Shown piece after piece: positions 44,566 to 62,226 of a DNA stretch of 64,000 nt. The notes beneath the pieces were generated by a model. That model did no database searches, was not told where the DNA came from, and saw nothing but the letters and a program-made list of their open reading frames with translations. Position 1 is the stretch's first letter. The number at the start of each line of letters is the position of its first letter. This DNA comes from Octopus vulgaris (Eukaryota): positions 36,890,001 through 36,954,000 of the forward strand of contig OX597823.1 of NCBI GenBank assembly GCA_951406725.2, given 5' to 3'. A program made the position numbers and the translations under genes.

Positions 44566-45646
44566 ATGTATGTGTGTGTGTGTGCGTATGTGTGTATGGG
44601 TAGATATATTATGCATGTATATATGTGTATATATATATGTGTACATATTACATGTACATCTATATATATACATCTACACATAAAATACAAAATACAAAGT
44701 TATATCTTGATATCGCTAGTGATAACAATACTCAAAATATATAACAGACTGGAATTGTAGGCCCGTCTCTTGCAATTTCGATCAATTGGATATTGTCCTC
44801 CCTCTTGTATACGGCTGCAGCGAAATTCATTTTTGGACTTTCTTCTATCGAAAGCATTTTAACAAAAATGCTTCCGTAAAAACGGTGAAAATATTGTCAG
44901 TTTCCCCAAACAGGGACACAATTCAATTTTTAAACAATAACGAAAGCCCCTTCTCCGAAAGGGGGAGGGTTACGGTTTACAATTATTTAACAAATGCAAC
45001 ACAACAACGTTTCTCTGACGAGGAACCAACAAACGTGATTACAAAAGTCAAACAGTAATAATAATTACAACAAACCTTTTTAATTTATCCCCATTTATGT
45101 GAAACCGCTTATTCAAGTTCAAGTCATTGATGCAATTTTATACGAATTGCTAATACACACACATACACATAATAAGGGTGAAAAATTGAAAATTAATTTG
45201 ATTAATATGAATTGAAAACCAGTGATATAGTATATAAGACCATAGCGGATCTTCCTCTAGCAAAAAGGATGACCAGTATTAATGGATCATCCCTGTTTTA
45301 TAAATATTTTCACTTTAATTGTTGCACACTTGCAAAGAGAAAGTAGGAGAAAGTGTGGTGGTAATGGAAGGAGTAAAGCACTTGAAATGAGAGAGGGAAA
45401 TCATAAAATATTGAGTTTTCTCGAATTTTTGCTTAATTGGGGGTGAAATTGAAAAACTTTACATGCCATGACCCAATGGAATCTACTTCGAAAAATCATA
45501 GGTAAATTCCAATTGAAGAAATTCTATATTGTACAATTGTATAAAAAACGAACGATTTGGGAGGCAGAGAAAATCTGCCTTTTATCATGCATGGCCACAG
45601 CTCAAGAGCTGAAACTGGAAAACATAATAAACATATATATATATAG

Positions 45647-45973
<327 letters not shown>

Positions 45974-47259
45974 ATATATATATATATACTAATACATACA
46001 CATGTATATGTATATATATATAGTTACATATACATGTATACATATATATAGTTACATATACATATGCATACACATATGGATACGTGCACATGTGTGTGTA
46101 TGTGTGTATGCATGCGTGTGTGTACACACACGCAGACAGATGTGTATTGATTGTACACACGATGTGTGTTTACTTAAACCCAAATCCATTGACCAGCGAA
46201 GCCTAAATACAATTTTATAATTAAATATTATTAGGAATTGTATAAAAAATAGTTAAAATATTTTGTGCATTGCAGAATTATAACCAATTTATTGTACATA
46301 AATTTTAACAAAAGATCTTATATGGATCCCGAAGGACAACATGGACAACATAGGCAACTTAATTATGATCACAACCTTCTGAATTAGACGATTCCATTAG
46401 TAATACAGTAACTAAGAAGTATACAACACGGATCTTTAAATCCAAGAGGCAAAAAGAACAAAAAGATAATCAGAATGTTTCATAAAATAGTTAATATTGT
46501 CACGTTTTATGCGAATTTCTATGTGCTCACATGGCTTCTTGCCTCAGATTCAGCTTCCTGGGACCTACTTTCAGAAAGGATACTTATTTGGAATCAGAGC
46601 AACCTCGGTAGTGTTTCTATGTTATTTCTATGCTACTTTGCTCCACCTACTTGTAACGCAAATTAGGACCCCCCTCGAACAGCTTTACAGCAAGGAAAAT
46701 ACAAAGTAGGAAGAGTAAAAACAAATGTATAATTATAAAAAACAGACCAGCTGGATATTATGTCTAACCCTTTTAGAAATTGGATGACATTTGATTATAT
46801 TTAACCCTTGGATGGCAATAGTGAGAAAAATTACCATTAAACTGGAACACTAACTTGTAGCGTTTCGACAGTAAAGCACTTTCCGTGTTGGTTTGGAAAA
46901 AAATACCTCTGAGTAGCAATTTTTGTTTGTTGATCTAAGCCTTTGCCTCTGGACGAAATCCTTGGAATAGGAAACGATAGTCAATTTCTTTCTACTGAGT
47001 CCCTTCTCCAAGAAGAAAAACTTTATTTAATATCAAATGTCAACTAAATTTTTCTTTCAAATTGTTTTTAAAAGTTAAATTAGAATTCGTGAACAGTAAA
47101 AATTACATTATTTTCAATGAAAAGTGGCAAAACAAGACGAGAAGTGATGAGAAACGATATATTGACAAACTATGTTAGGTGAAGTTTTAAAAAGGGCTAA
47201 TTACTAAAATGTCAGTGGTATCTTGGGATTACTCTCTCTCTCACTCACTCTCTCACATC

Positions 47260-47572
47260 TTTGGCAGGTGTTTTCTACTCTAACTTCGGGTCGACTAAAG
47301 CCTTGTGGATGGGTTTGTTCGACGGAAACTGAAAGAAGCCCGTCGTATATGTATGTATATATTTATGTATGTGTGTCTTTGTGTCAGTGTTTGTCCCGCC
47401 ACCATCACTTAACAACCAATGTTGGTGTTTTTACGTCCTCGCAACTTAGCGGTTCGGCAACGGAAACTGATGGAATAAGTACTAGGCTTACAAAGAATAA
47501 GTCTTGGGGTCGATTTCTTCGACAAAATCTTCAAGGCGCCGCAGTCTAATGACTGAAACAAGTAAGGCTAAA
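47260..47572 (+). mobile_element. SINE, 5'-truncated (4547 family)
   Basis: GACGGAAACTGAAAGAAGCCCGTCG...AATGACTGAAACAAGTAA. Confidence 0.85.
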
Positions 47573-47599
47573 AGACATCGGTTCATGCTCTTGCTTGAT

Positions 47600-47855
47600 A
47601 GGGCTGGATTCATCCCAGGCTAGAGATCCCAGCGGCGTCATCAAGCGCAAGGCCAACCATATCCACTTAGTGCCTGCCATCACTGGCGGTACCACCCGCC
47701 ACCCCTCTGATTCCGCCAAGATGACGTCGAGCCTCTGGAGATCTTCTTTAAACACGTCCACCCATCTGATGCGGGAGCTGCTGTGTCGAACGAGAGTAAA
47801 GTCCCGATAGAATGATCTGGCCGGCGATATGTCCGTACCAGTACATGCAGTGGAT
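47600..47855 (-). mobile_element. RTE LINE 3' fragment
   Basis: Minus strand ..WYGHIA.. and RIRWVDVFKEDLQRL.. resemble an RTE C-terminus. Confidence 0.6.
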
Positions 47856-47880
47856 GGCTAACTATATATATATATACACA

Positions 47881-47965
<85 letters not shown>

Positions 47966-48261
47966 ACACGCACGCACACACACTCACATACACACACACA
48001 TACACACACACACACATATATAAATACATACATACATACATACATACATACATACATACATTTATGTGTATATATATATTATATATATATTTATTTATAT
48101 ATCACATTTCATTATATCATATTATCTCATATTATTATAAGATTGTAAATGAAACGTGAAAATCAGATAAGGTTGGAATTTCTTTGAGTAATACACACAC
48201 ACATACACACACACACACTCACACACGCACACACACGCACACACACGCACACACACGCACA

Positions 48262-48335
<74 letters not shown>

Positions 48336-48825
48336 ATAAGCAAGGATGTCTAGGTATTAGTGCATTACGGTGATTTCAGGTGGCTCAGTTTAATCGAACA
48401 ATGCAAGCATTGCGTCAATTTGAAAAAGACCACCATCTTCGGATCAAAATATAAGTTTTAAACATACACCATACTCCATTATTTTTAGCAAATGTTTCAT
48501 CAGAACTAGAGAATGAAAGAATTCCATGCTGCTACTATTGTAGCAGAATAAATTTAGATAGAAAAAAATATCCCAACTACGATTTAGAGTGGCAGAAGAG
48601 GATTGACTTGGTACCTCAACTTAAGTACCCAATTCAACTGAATCTTAATTATTTCTTCTTTGTATATATATATATATATAAATGGTAAGACAATAAAATA
48701 AAGAAAGAGACCTCGATATTATGCGAATAAAGGAATTTGTCTGTAAATGTAATATGAGACAATTATTTGGCATCCAAAACTCGGAGTTTTGTCATGGCTA
48801 CCGAATAATTGTCTCATATTACATT

Positions 48826-48872
<47 letters not shown>

Positions 48873-48877
<5 letters not shown>

Positions 48878-49455
48878 GCTGTGGACGATAAAGCATCGCG
48901 TGTTTGCCTACGACAGTTACGTGAAGAATAACGAGTCTATCACAGCAGCTCAGCGTGAGTTTCGGCACCACTTCAACATTCAACATTCACGAAAATCAGG
49001 CTGTTCTTACTCGTAACATTACGTTGAGTGAATGCATTTCGTACACGAGGTACACTAATGAATAGAAGACTGGTGGGGGCGCCACGAAGGGTACGGACCC
49101 CGGAAAATGTTGAATGCGTCAGACAAACTTTGATACGGTGTCCGAATCGGTCTGCTCGGAGGCAATCCACTGAACTTAGCATCGGTAATCGATCGGTAAG
49201 GCGTATTTTGCATGAAGACCTGCATTTCCACCCGTACAAATTGGCCATTGGGCAACACTTGAAACCATGGGACTATGCACAGCAGCTTAACTTCGCACGT
49301 CAGATGGAAGCAATTTTTGAGGCATATGACAACCTCATTTTGTTAATGAGTGATGAAGCTAATTTTCATCTCAATGGCATGGTGAATCAACAGAACTGTT
49401 ATATTAGGCTCTTGAAAATCTGAGAGAACTGCACGAAAGACCACAGCACAGCCCA
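48873..49455 (+). mobile_element. Tc1/mariner transposase N-terminal remnant
   Basis: HRVFAYDSYVKNNESITAAQREFRHHFNI (HTH), RRVRTPENVECVRQ, LHFHPYKL and LMSDEANFHLNGMVNQQNC. Confidence 0.85.
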
Positions 49456-50588
49456 CTATATATTCGTTCTTCACTCGTTTGTTACTGTTCTTATTTTAAC
49501 TCATGTCCATTGTCCGCTTACTCCATTCTGTTCTTCCTCATAGAAGAACAGAATGGACTAAGCAAGAGCACACACGAGGACGAAAAGTGTCGCTGAAGAG
49601 GTTGTAACAGTAAACATTTGTAACGGTAGAGGTTGATTTGTGACGGTAGAAATTTGTACGGTTGAAATTAAATTGTAAACAATAATATGGAAAATCGGTG
49701 TCGTTATCAGTTTGTAAGGATTGGTTCTTCGTTGACTGCCATTATGTAAAGATGAAAGAACAGTGATTGAAGATGTAAAGAAAATATATATTTTTGCCGT
49801 TACATTGTATATACCTTGCCTCGACGGGCAGGTGATGAAATCCTAAAGCATGCGAAGTAAAACAGTTAATTTCGGCCCGTATGTTCTTATTGTAGTAGTA
49901 TGTACACCATAGAGAGAGATATGGTAATGTGCAGAGAAAAGAAAGTGAGTTAGTGAAAATGAGAGTGTGGACAAACAACTACTCCGCTGGTAATTTACTA
50001 TAGTTGTTCTCTTTGTGCCCTTTTCTTTAGAGACGGCGTTTGTTCAGCCGGTCAGCTAGACTCCGTTCTCACTAACTGAGTTGTCACCAAGTGACAAACT
50101 GATTTTTACTTGGGGGTTCTTGTCTTTATAACTATCCAGGAGGATAGACATATCGTTGAGAACAATGGATTTCGTAGGTGGTATTTGTTATCTTAATTCT
50201 AGCTTTTGGTGAAGTAGAAGAGGTTAGAAGGATCAAGTAGTGAAGACATTATTTCGGCCTAGCTAAGGCATCGGGAAAATGTAAAACGGCTGTCACAGAA
50301 AAAACCATTGTTTCACCGTGAGAAAAGTTCTGTTGGAGTGTTACTTGAAATTTGGCTATGGTGGATCGAATCCACTTCATGCATGCAAGAGTCACTACAA
50401 GGTCACAGATATGAGACGAAAGATTTCCGGACAATTGACATGAGTTAATATAAGAACAGTAATAAACGGGCGAAGAACAAATATATAATGCGTGTGTTTA
50501 TTTGGCAAAAAAATGACTACCCCGAAATACAAATATGTCTGTTTCAACACACGGTTTCACATTAGGTATCTTACAACACAAATTCATA

Positions 50589-50626
<38 letters not shown>

Positions 50627-50629
50627 TAT

Positions 50630-50719
<90 letters not shown>

Positions 50720-51689
50720 CAAAATGGGACAAGAACGCAAAACATTCAGACAGTTAGGTGATACAAAAAAGGGAAACAAAATATTCAGATAGACGATACA
50801 AAGAAAACAAGGGCGGGTCATTCGGAGTTTTCCTTTGCAAAATCATCTATGTTTCAAACCATGCAATCTGCAATACTTAAGTACTATTTAATCCTGTTAC
50901 AGATCTGCATCTGAGAAGTTATGGGCGGAAAGACAGAAGTGCCATTGAGAACAAGGAAGTCGTACAAGACGGCAATCATCTGTGAAGATAGAGCAATCAC
51001 CATGTATGTATGTATGTATGTATGTATGTATGTATGTATGTATGTATGTATACTTCTGTATCTTTTTGTCCAAATCATAATATCAATGAAACTCTTTCAT
51101 GCAAGGAAATATTCATACCAGGCAATACTCTCATAATTTTAAAACAATATAGCCTACAGATACGACGTCACAGTCTCATTGTTTCATAGATACTATATTA
51201 GAATAGACACACCGTCTATTTTGTATATGGGAACAGATATACCGATACATGTTGGTATCTGGATGTTGATAAATAACTATTATTAGACTGGATAGAAGTA
51301 TATTTACATATATATTTATAAACTAAATTATTTATCTATCTGTCTGTCTGTCTGTCTGTCTGTCTATCAACCTGTCTGTCTATCAACCTGTCTGTCTATT
51401 TGTCTGTCTGTTTAACTGTATGTATGTATGAGAGCGGGGGGAGAGAAAGAGACTGAATGAGTATGTGTACGTGTAGACTGTAAGTGTGCGTGTTTTATAT
51501 AACTAAGGTCGCTTTGCATGAAAATCCCAACCTTCCAATATATTTTACTTAGGCAATGACGTCACCAAATCGTCAATAATTATGGATACAATTCCACCAA
51601 TATTCCTTGTGTTGGGACGTATTAATGTCAAAATAGCCAATCGCTATTTCCTGCACCTGGATTACAAGATCATTATCTTCGAAATGCGA

Positions 51690-53260
51690 CGTGATGTCGC
51701 ATTAGATACAAATATCCAAGTGTGGACACAGTTCCTGGCGATATCGGCACCACATTCAAGTTTCCAGAGAAAAATTAGGGGTTGTTCTCTCCCTCCTTTG
51801 AATACTTGGTTGATATATATTTGACTGTACGAGTTTGTGTTGTCTCGGTGATACCATACCACACTCAAACGTTGACTAACCGATCTGAAAACACTTTCTA
51901 TTACCCCAGAGACTGTCGATGTCACTATTTCTGCGGATGATTCCACTTGATGTATTTGGTACATTTTAATATGAGTGAAACAATTTTTTCCCATAGTCCT
52001 ATAAGCTATTCCAATATTGATGCTTTAAACATATTATGTGATATTGAACTAACAGAGAATATCTGCAGCTGTCAGAGTTTTCAAAATCTTATGTAATACT
52101 TTTTATCCTTTCATTGCATAAAACATTTTCGTTCATAACCAAGTTTTTGTAACACTCATTGTGCCTTTCATGTCTTTGATGCTCATGTTTTCGTTTTAGA
52201 AAGCACACTTACCGCGTTTAATTATCAACCAGAAAAAAATCTTTTGGCCAAATTCCATCCGTCTATTAACTAAAAATGTTATTAAGTCCAGCTGTTTCTT
52301 AGTTTTGTAATAATTTCCAATGTAGATTTTAAGATTGACATCAGAGGAATTATGCGTTATATTCGTACTTCTTACTGTAACCACTGGAGTTTTGTTAGAT
52401 AAATGACAGCAGATTTAGTGCCAAGGTAAACATACACACAGGCAGACTGTCAGTTTTGAATATTATTTTACAGAGCGTTATAGCGTTAAGGACAGCCGTT
52501 CTGCTTTCATTTACATGGATGAGGGGAATTGACAAAACTTTTGTAAGACACTCAGTAGCTGTAATTAAGGAGACAGGTGATTCCAGTGATTACAAGTTGG
52601 GAATAGAGTTAAATACCTTTCTATAAAAAAAAGTCGTATGGACACAAGGTGTTTTAAAACTTTAGATAACACATCTTTATTAATTAGAAGGTGTTCGGCA
52701 TATCTCTATAAGCCTTTATTCTACCTCCTTGTTTATCAGTGGGCAAAACTTATGTCTAATATCTTAGCAAGCAACAGTTTTATAGTTTTCTACCAACGAT
52801 GTGTTTTCACTCTTCTCCTATTTGCTATGTCAGTTTGGCCCTCTATAGTTATTTTAAGAATTAGAGGTGAATGCTTTTCCGATAAACATTAAAATCTTGG
52901 TACTTTTCCACTGTCTAACTCTCTCGTAACTGCTTTATTAAAAGTTCTGAGCAAAGATTATAAAGAGTTTGAACAACAATTTGCTATCTGTGACAGCATT
53001 TTTGTGTAGCGAAAGTTGTCTGTTGTCAAAGTTGTTTAGCTTTGCTACAGTGATTCTTTCTACTTAACTGATATAAGGATTTCCGGGCTTTTTCAGAGCA
53101 CTGCAACGGATGTTGATTTAAATGGACGTGCTGTCTTTGCTAGCTAAAATATTTAGTAGACCTTCCTATTACTGGAGCTATTCTTTTGTTTTTTTGCTTT
53201 TTTTTTTTTACCAATATCAGCCATGATGGCAGAATGAAATTCAACGAGTTGAGAAGTATT
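51690..53260 (-). mobile_element. Possible highly decayed hAT-like transposase
   Basis: Only weak peptide resemblance in broken minus-strand frames. Confidence 0.25.
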
Positions 53261-54080
53261 TTATAGAATCTGTTTGAATAGCTCTAAATTGCGTAGTGAA
53301 AACTGTTTTCCTGGCAATAAATAAAGAAATTAACTAACTAGATAAATGAATAAATAAATTTCGGATCTAGTGTCTGTGAATTCGCTGTGTATAAAAGGAG
53401 AAAATGTCTTAAGGAATATTTTTAAGCTGTAATCAACCATTACATGGCGTAGATGACTGCAACAACTGTGATGGTGCCATCTACTAATCGTTCTAGCTTC
53501 TTGATGAATGTAACATTTACAGCCCCGAAAGGTTAACTTATCTTTGAATAAATTTATATACCTTTTACTTGATGTAACGACTAGTTTTACTATGGTAACT
53601 TCCGTTTCTAGTGAGATCACCAACTGTAATTTTATATGTAAAGTTTTGAGCGACGTCTATTTCTTTCTCGTTCATTTTCTTTGCCTCTCTTTTGCCTTCT
53701 CCCTCTCTCTTTCTATCTCTTTCCTTCCCCAATACTTTACAACTTCTTTCCTTCTGACTTTCTATCTATCCTTCTCTCGTCTCCAGTCCTACGGGATATT
53801 TTCATTTTCCTTTGCGTTACCCTATATTAGTCCGATTTTTTTCATGTTTACGTATATTTTATTTTGTGGTGTTTGTTTTCATCCTTATCCTGTATGTTCG
53901 CTAGCTATTCTCAGTGGCTTTTTGCCATTGGCACCACCAAGAGTGAATAATATCAGCGTTAAAGGCGCGAAATTGTAAGGACTTTTTTGGATGTTGACTT
54001 ATGAGGAATTAGCTACAAATTTTCTGTTCGTTACGTTTTTATAAAATTTTCCGTTTGTTGTATTTTGTTAAACTTTTGAA

Positions 54081-54113
<33 letters not shown>

Positions 54114-54124
54114 ATATTTAAATT

Positions 54125-55563
<1,439 letters not shown>

Positions 55564-55566
55564 GAG

Positions 55567-56178
55567 AGAAAATAGTAAAAAGTGAAAAAACTACAGAAGG
55601 CTTAAATGTTAAAAAATATATATATTTGCGTCAATATGTCTGAAGAATATTAAACAATTAAAAAAAAACTTTTTTTCTCTTATAATGACATAATTTAAAA
55701 GAAAGACCGGTTTCGCGTTTAGCTTTTCAAATTTCTTGCGACGTTATGTTTATGTTGAATAGAGTTATCGTTATGTTTATGTTCAGAAGAGTTCTAAATA
55801 AGGGGATATAGTGAGTGATTTCTTCCGGTGTAAGGGAGATAATCGCTTAAAAATATTTTCCTTTCCCTTGGTGTGAATTTCTCTGTATCAGTATGTTCGG
55901 ATGGTTGAGTCTGGGCTTGTACTTTTCAATGAAGAATGTTTCCTTGTTTAGTCTAATTTGTGTTGATGATCCGAAAGCACATTGGTAAAATGGAAAGATT
56001 AAAAATTGTGGTAGTAGTTGCTTTGCGCATTTCTCAATTTTTTAAAAATTGTTTAATATTCTTCAGACATATTGACGCAAATATATATATTTTTTAACAT
56101 TTAAGCCTTCTGTAGTTTTTTCACTTTTTACTATTTTCTATATAATCACCCACGTGCTTTCACAAACCAACTTTCTTA

Positions 56179-56180
<2 letters not shown>
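55567..56180 (-). mobile_element. PLE 3' end with inverted terminal copy (same family as 62227)
   Basis: Minus strand encodes IEKCAKQLLPQFLIFPFYQCAFGSSTQIRLNKETFFIEKYKPRLN. ~95-bp inverted arms at 55567-55660 and 56047-56140. HHR-like motif at 55699-55737. Confidence 0.88.
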
Positions 56181-56209
<29 letters not shown>

Positions 56210-56210
56210 T

Positions 56211-56257
<47 letters not shown>

Positions 56258-57850
56258 ACACACACACACACTTGCAAACCACATAGGGAAGAGTACATAT
56301 TTCAGAAGAATGAGTGGAGAGATATGATGCAAAAAAGCAAAAAAAGTAAATAAATTAAAATGAAGACGATGTGTTGGTAGACGTTTATTGACAGCTAAAA
56401 ATGAGGTGTGTGTCCTTGACACACCAATGTACCGGTTCGGTCATGTTGATTTTGTTCTATATGCTGCATATTGCAACAGTTATCGCTTCTGTACAGGTGT
56501 GCAGAGCTCCCGTATATAAATACTGAAACAGCAGTGCAATGTTTACGATGCACACAGACATTTATTATTCATATGCGTGCATCTAAAAGTGTGTATAGCT
56601 ATATATGCGTATATGTGGTAGTATATACATACATATATGTGTTTGTGTATGTGTATGTATGTATGTAGCGATTTGTATGCACGAAATATATGAGAGGTGG
56701 AGAAATATTAGTTGATATGATTTTTATTTGTTCGTTACTATATAAGAAACAATTTCTTCGAGTTGTTGTACACAGATTATTTGCAGTTCTGTTATCCGTT
56801 TTGTAGGTAGTTAAGTTCATCTGTGAGTGACAGTTAGAAGACGGATGGAAGGAGAGAGAAAGAGGAAAAGAATTTAGCCAACTGGGTTGAAAATTAGAGA
56901 GTATAAAAGTTGTGTAGTCATGCTGTGACAAGCTATACGGAAAGTGTTCCTTTTGGCCCGGAGCCAAGCGATAGAAGCGAAACAGCAAGAACTGGATTTG
57001 GGTACTGTATTCATACATATTTTAAAGCTGGATGTAGGTCAGAGAACAATGGAAAGTAATGGGTTAATCTCTTTTGAGCCGTATTTAACACAAGAATATT
57101 CACTTAAACAATAGAACTTATCTAAGTTTGACAGTTAACCCTCATAAATTTCCAAATGCTAATGTCGAGAACAATAGGATGGATCTCAAAAATTTTGGTT
57201 AAGGTTTCGATTCTTGGCTAAGAATCCAAGAAAGCATTCGCTATATGTGTGTGTGTGTGTATAAACTTGTTACGAGTTGAAATAAAATTGAGACATATTC
57301 GGACACGTAAGACGGTCATTCACTGCATTTTGTCATGGAGAAATATTCTCGCTGTAGACTAAAAGGTAACGCACCTAGTCAGTTCGAAGTGCCGTCTATC
57401 TAGATCGAACACAGGAAAAAGAAGCAACTCTGAGCTGATTAAGTGACTAAGTTTCTCTTAGAATATATATGGTCTTTATCTATATTATAATGACTGAAGA
57501 GGTGCGGGACTTCTTTGAAGAAATTATAAATGAATATTAAACATTTTTTTAACTATAAAGTTTATTTGGGATCTTTACCTTTTGACATCCAAATTTTAAA
57601 AAAACAATTTTTTGTTACTAAACACTTTCAAACTTCGGACACTGGTAGAATGTGTCATATAAAACGTGTTTTACTCTTAGCATTTTTGAGAAAAACTTAT
57701 ATTTACTTAGTTATTTCACCTTAAAATTCTCGTATTTCGGTAATTTCAACCAATCAATGACGTGTATTCAGCTGAATAAAATTACTGCTGTTGTTTGTCA
57801 ACAAGAACTTCCGGCGGTATATATTTCGTTTGTCACTGTTATTTATGACA

Positions 57851-58071
57851 AACCCTAACCCTAAAACCCAAACCCTAATCCTAAAGCCCTAACCCTAACA
57901 CCCTAACCATAAAACCCTAACCCTAACCCTAAAACCATAACCCTAACCATAACCCTAAAACCCTAACCCTAACCCTACAAACCTAACCCTAACTCTAAAA
58001 CCCTAACCCTAACCCTAAAACCCTAACCCTAACCCTACAAACCTAACCCTAACCCTAACCTAAAACCTTAA
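57851..58071. repeat. Degenerate interstitial telomere-like (CCCTAA)n tract
   Basis: CCCTAA units interspersed with CCCTAAAA and CCATAA variants. Confidence 0.9.
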
Positions 58072-59084
58072 AACCAATACAAACCAGTACAAACCCTGCC
58101 TTCTTAATATGCTGCAAATCCCTTATTTTCGTTCGGAAAAAAGGGGTGGGGCGAGCCCCCCCCCCAATCTCGGAACCATTGGGAATTTTTTTTTTTTCGT
58201 TGAATGAATTCCTGTGACCTCCTAATATGCTACAAAACCCTTTTTGGGTCCGAAAAACGGGGTGATGGGAGGTGGAAGCCTCGGAAATTTTACCCACTCC
58301 CAACATCTTACAGAAACAAATTTTCCAGAGTGTGAATTACATGGTTCGTTATTAAATATATATATAGTTCTATATTTAAGAAATGAGGAATTATGAACAT
58401 TATTTACATTATTTATATTCGACCGATATTGTATCTATAATTTATTTTAAGCCGAAACATAATACGAGCCTTGTACAAACGAAAGAACAAGAATGTCCTC
58501 TGGAACTTTTATCTTCCACCGGTGTTTGTAATCGATGGTGACATGTGCGATGATTTTGCGACTATCTTATATTTTACAGAGAAATTGGAAGCCCGAATGT
58601 AAGCCACCACATAATGGATAATACAATATTTATAGTTCTCTATTTTTAACTCAAATTCTGTCTTCAATGATTATAGATCTCTATTTCTAAATGTAATTCT
58701 TTTTCTTCTCGTTCAGTTTATAAATATAACACGCATTCTTGACAAAGTTTTTTTTCTCAGGCGTTCAGCACTTCACCTCTTTAGGGTTAAACAGCCTTTA
58801 CCGAATGTTTTCACTGTCCTGCTTTTGTTAGCAGCTTTGATGTTCCACGTATCTCAAATTTTATTTAATTTGCTTAGTTCTTAATATATAATAGAACCCA
58901 ACCCAACCCAACCCAACCCAACCCGTGTATATATATATCTATATGTGTGTGTGTGTATCTATTTATGTGTGTGTGTGTATCTATCTATGTGTGTGTGTGT
59001 ATCTATCTATCTGTGTGTGTATGTGTATCTATCTGTGTGTGTGTGTATCTATCTGTGTGTGTGTGTGTGTGTGTGTGTGTATTA

Positions 59085-61126
<2,042 letters not shown>

Positions 61127-61189
<63 letters not shown>

Positions 61190-61421
61190 GTATATGTATA
61201 TGTATGTATATATATGTATATGTATGCATATGTATATGTATGTATATATATGTATATGTATGTATATGTATATGTATGTATATATATATATATGTATATA
61301 TATATACGTATGTATATATATGTATATGCATGTATATATATATATATATATGTATATGTATGTATATATATATATGTATATGCATGTATATATGTATATG
61401 TATGTATATATATGTATATGC

Positions 61422-61461
<40 letters not shown>

Positions 61462-61622
61462 ATATATATATATATATGTATGTATATATAGATATGTATG
61501 TATATATATATGTATGTATGTATATATATATATATGTATATATATATGTATGTATATATATATATGTATGTATATATATATATGTATGTATATATGTATG
61601 TATATATATATGTATGTATATA
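61127..61622. repeat. Long compound (TA)/(TATG) microsatellite
   Basis: Direct reading of the sequence. Confidence 0.95.
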
Positions 61623-61867
61623 CAAGATAAGAAAATGGAGAAATACATCTAAATCAAATATCAATTACCAGATAATACTCAATCACATACTTTATTAAGC
61701 CACCACATAAGAGACTGTAGGGTTAAACATAAAAAAGCAGAACAAATCAGTGTACCTAAAGGAATGTACATAAAAAAGTGTACATAAAAGTGTGATGTTG
61801 TATAATAAGTAGAATATATATAAAAAAGAGAATATACATATAAGTAAATATAAACATAAGTATAGAT

Positions 61868-61988
61868 TACATCTTACAGCTGTTTCGGCCATGTAGATAA
61901 GTATGTCTCATTTTACCAATATTGGCCTTTTATGGTAGATATAAATGAGACATTTACAAAAATATCATAAGGCCTCCTCGGAGATATA
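61868..61988 (-). ncRNA. Type I hammerhead-like ribozyme, U4C variant, long structured stem II
   Basis: Minus strand TATATCT-CCGAGGA-GGCC[80 nt incl. ATGTCTCATTT/AAATGAGACAT]GGCC-GAAAC AGCT GTA-AGATGTA. Confidence 0.7.
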
Positions 61989-62226
61989 CATATACATATG
62001 AGTGCATATACTCACACTCCTATACATATAAAAGTATACATATACATAATAATGTAAATAAATAATATACATTAGTAAACATATATACGTTCCATATTCA
62101 ATGTTTCAGTTCTTCAACTTAATATTGTGATAATAAACATACACATATTAGTACCTAGATGCAAATATACATAGTCAATAGTACATTATATTACTTATGT
62201 ATGTATATATATATATATATATATAT

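Noticed and set aside
46270-47000. Possible DNA-transposon remnants
   Set aside because: The resemblance is too weak to name a family without a search.
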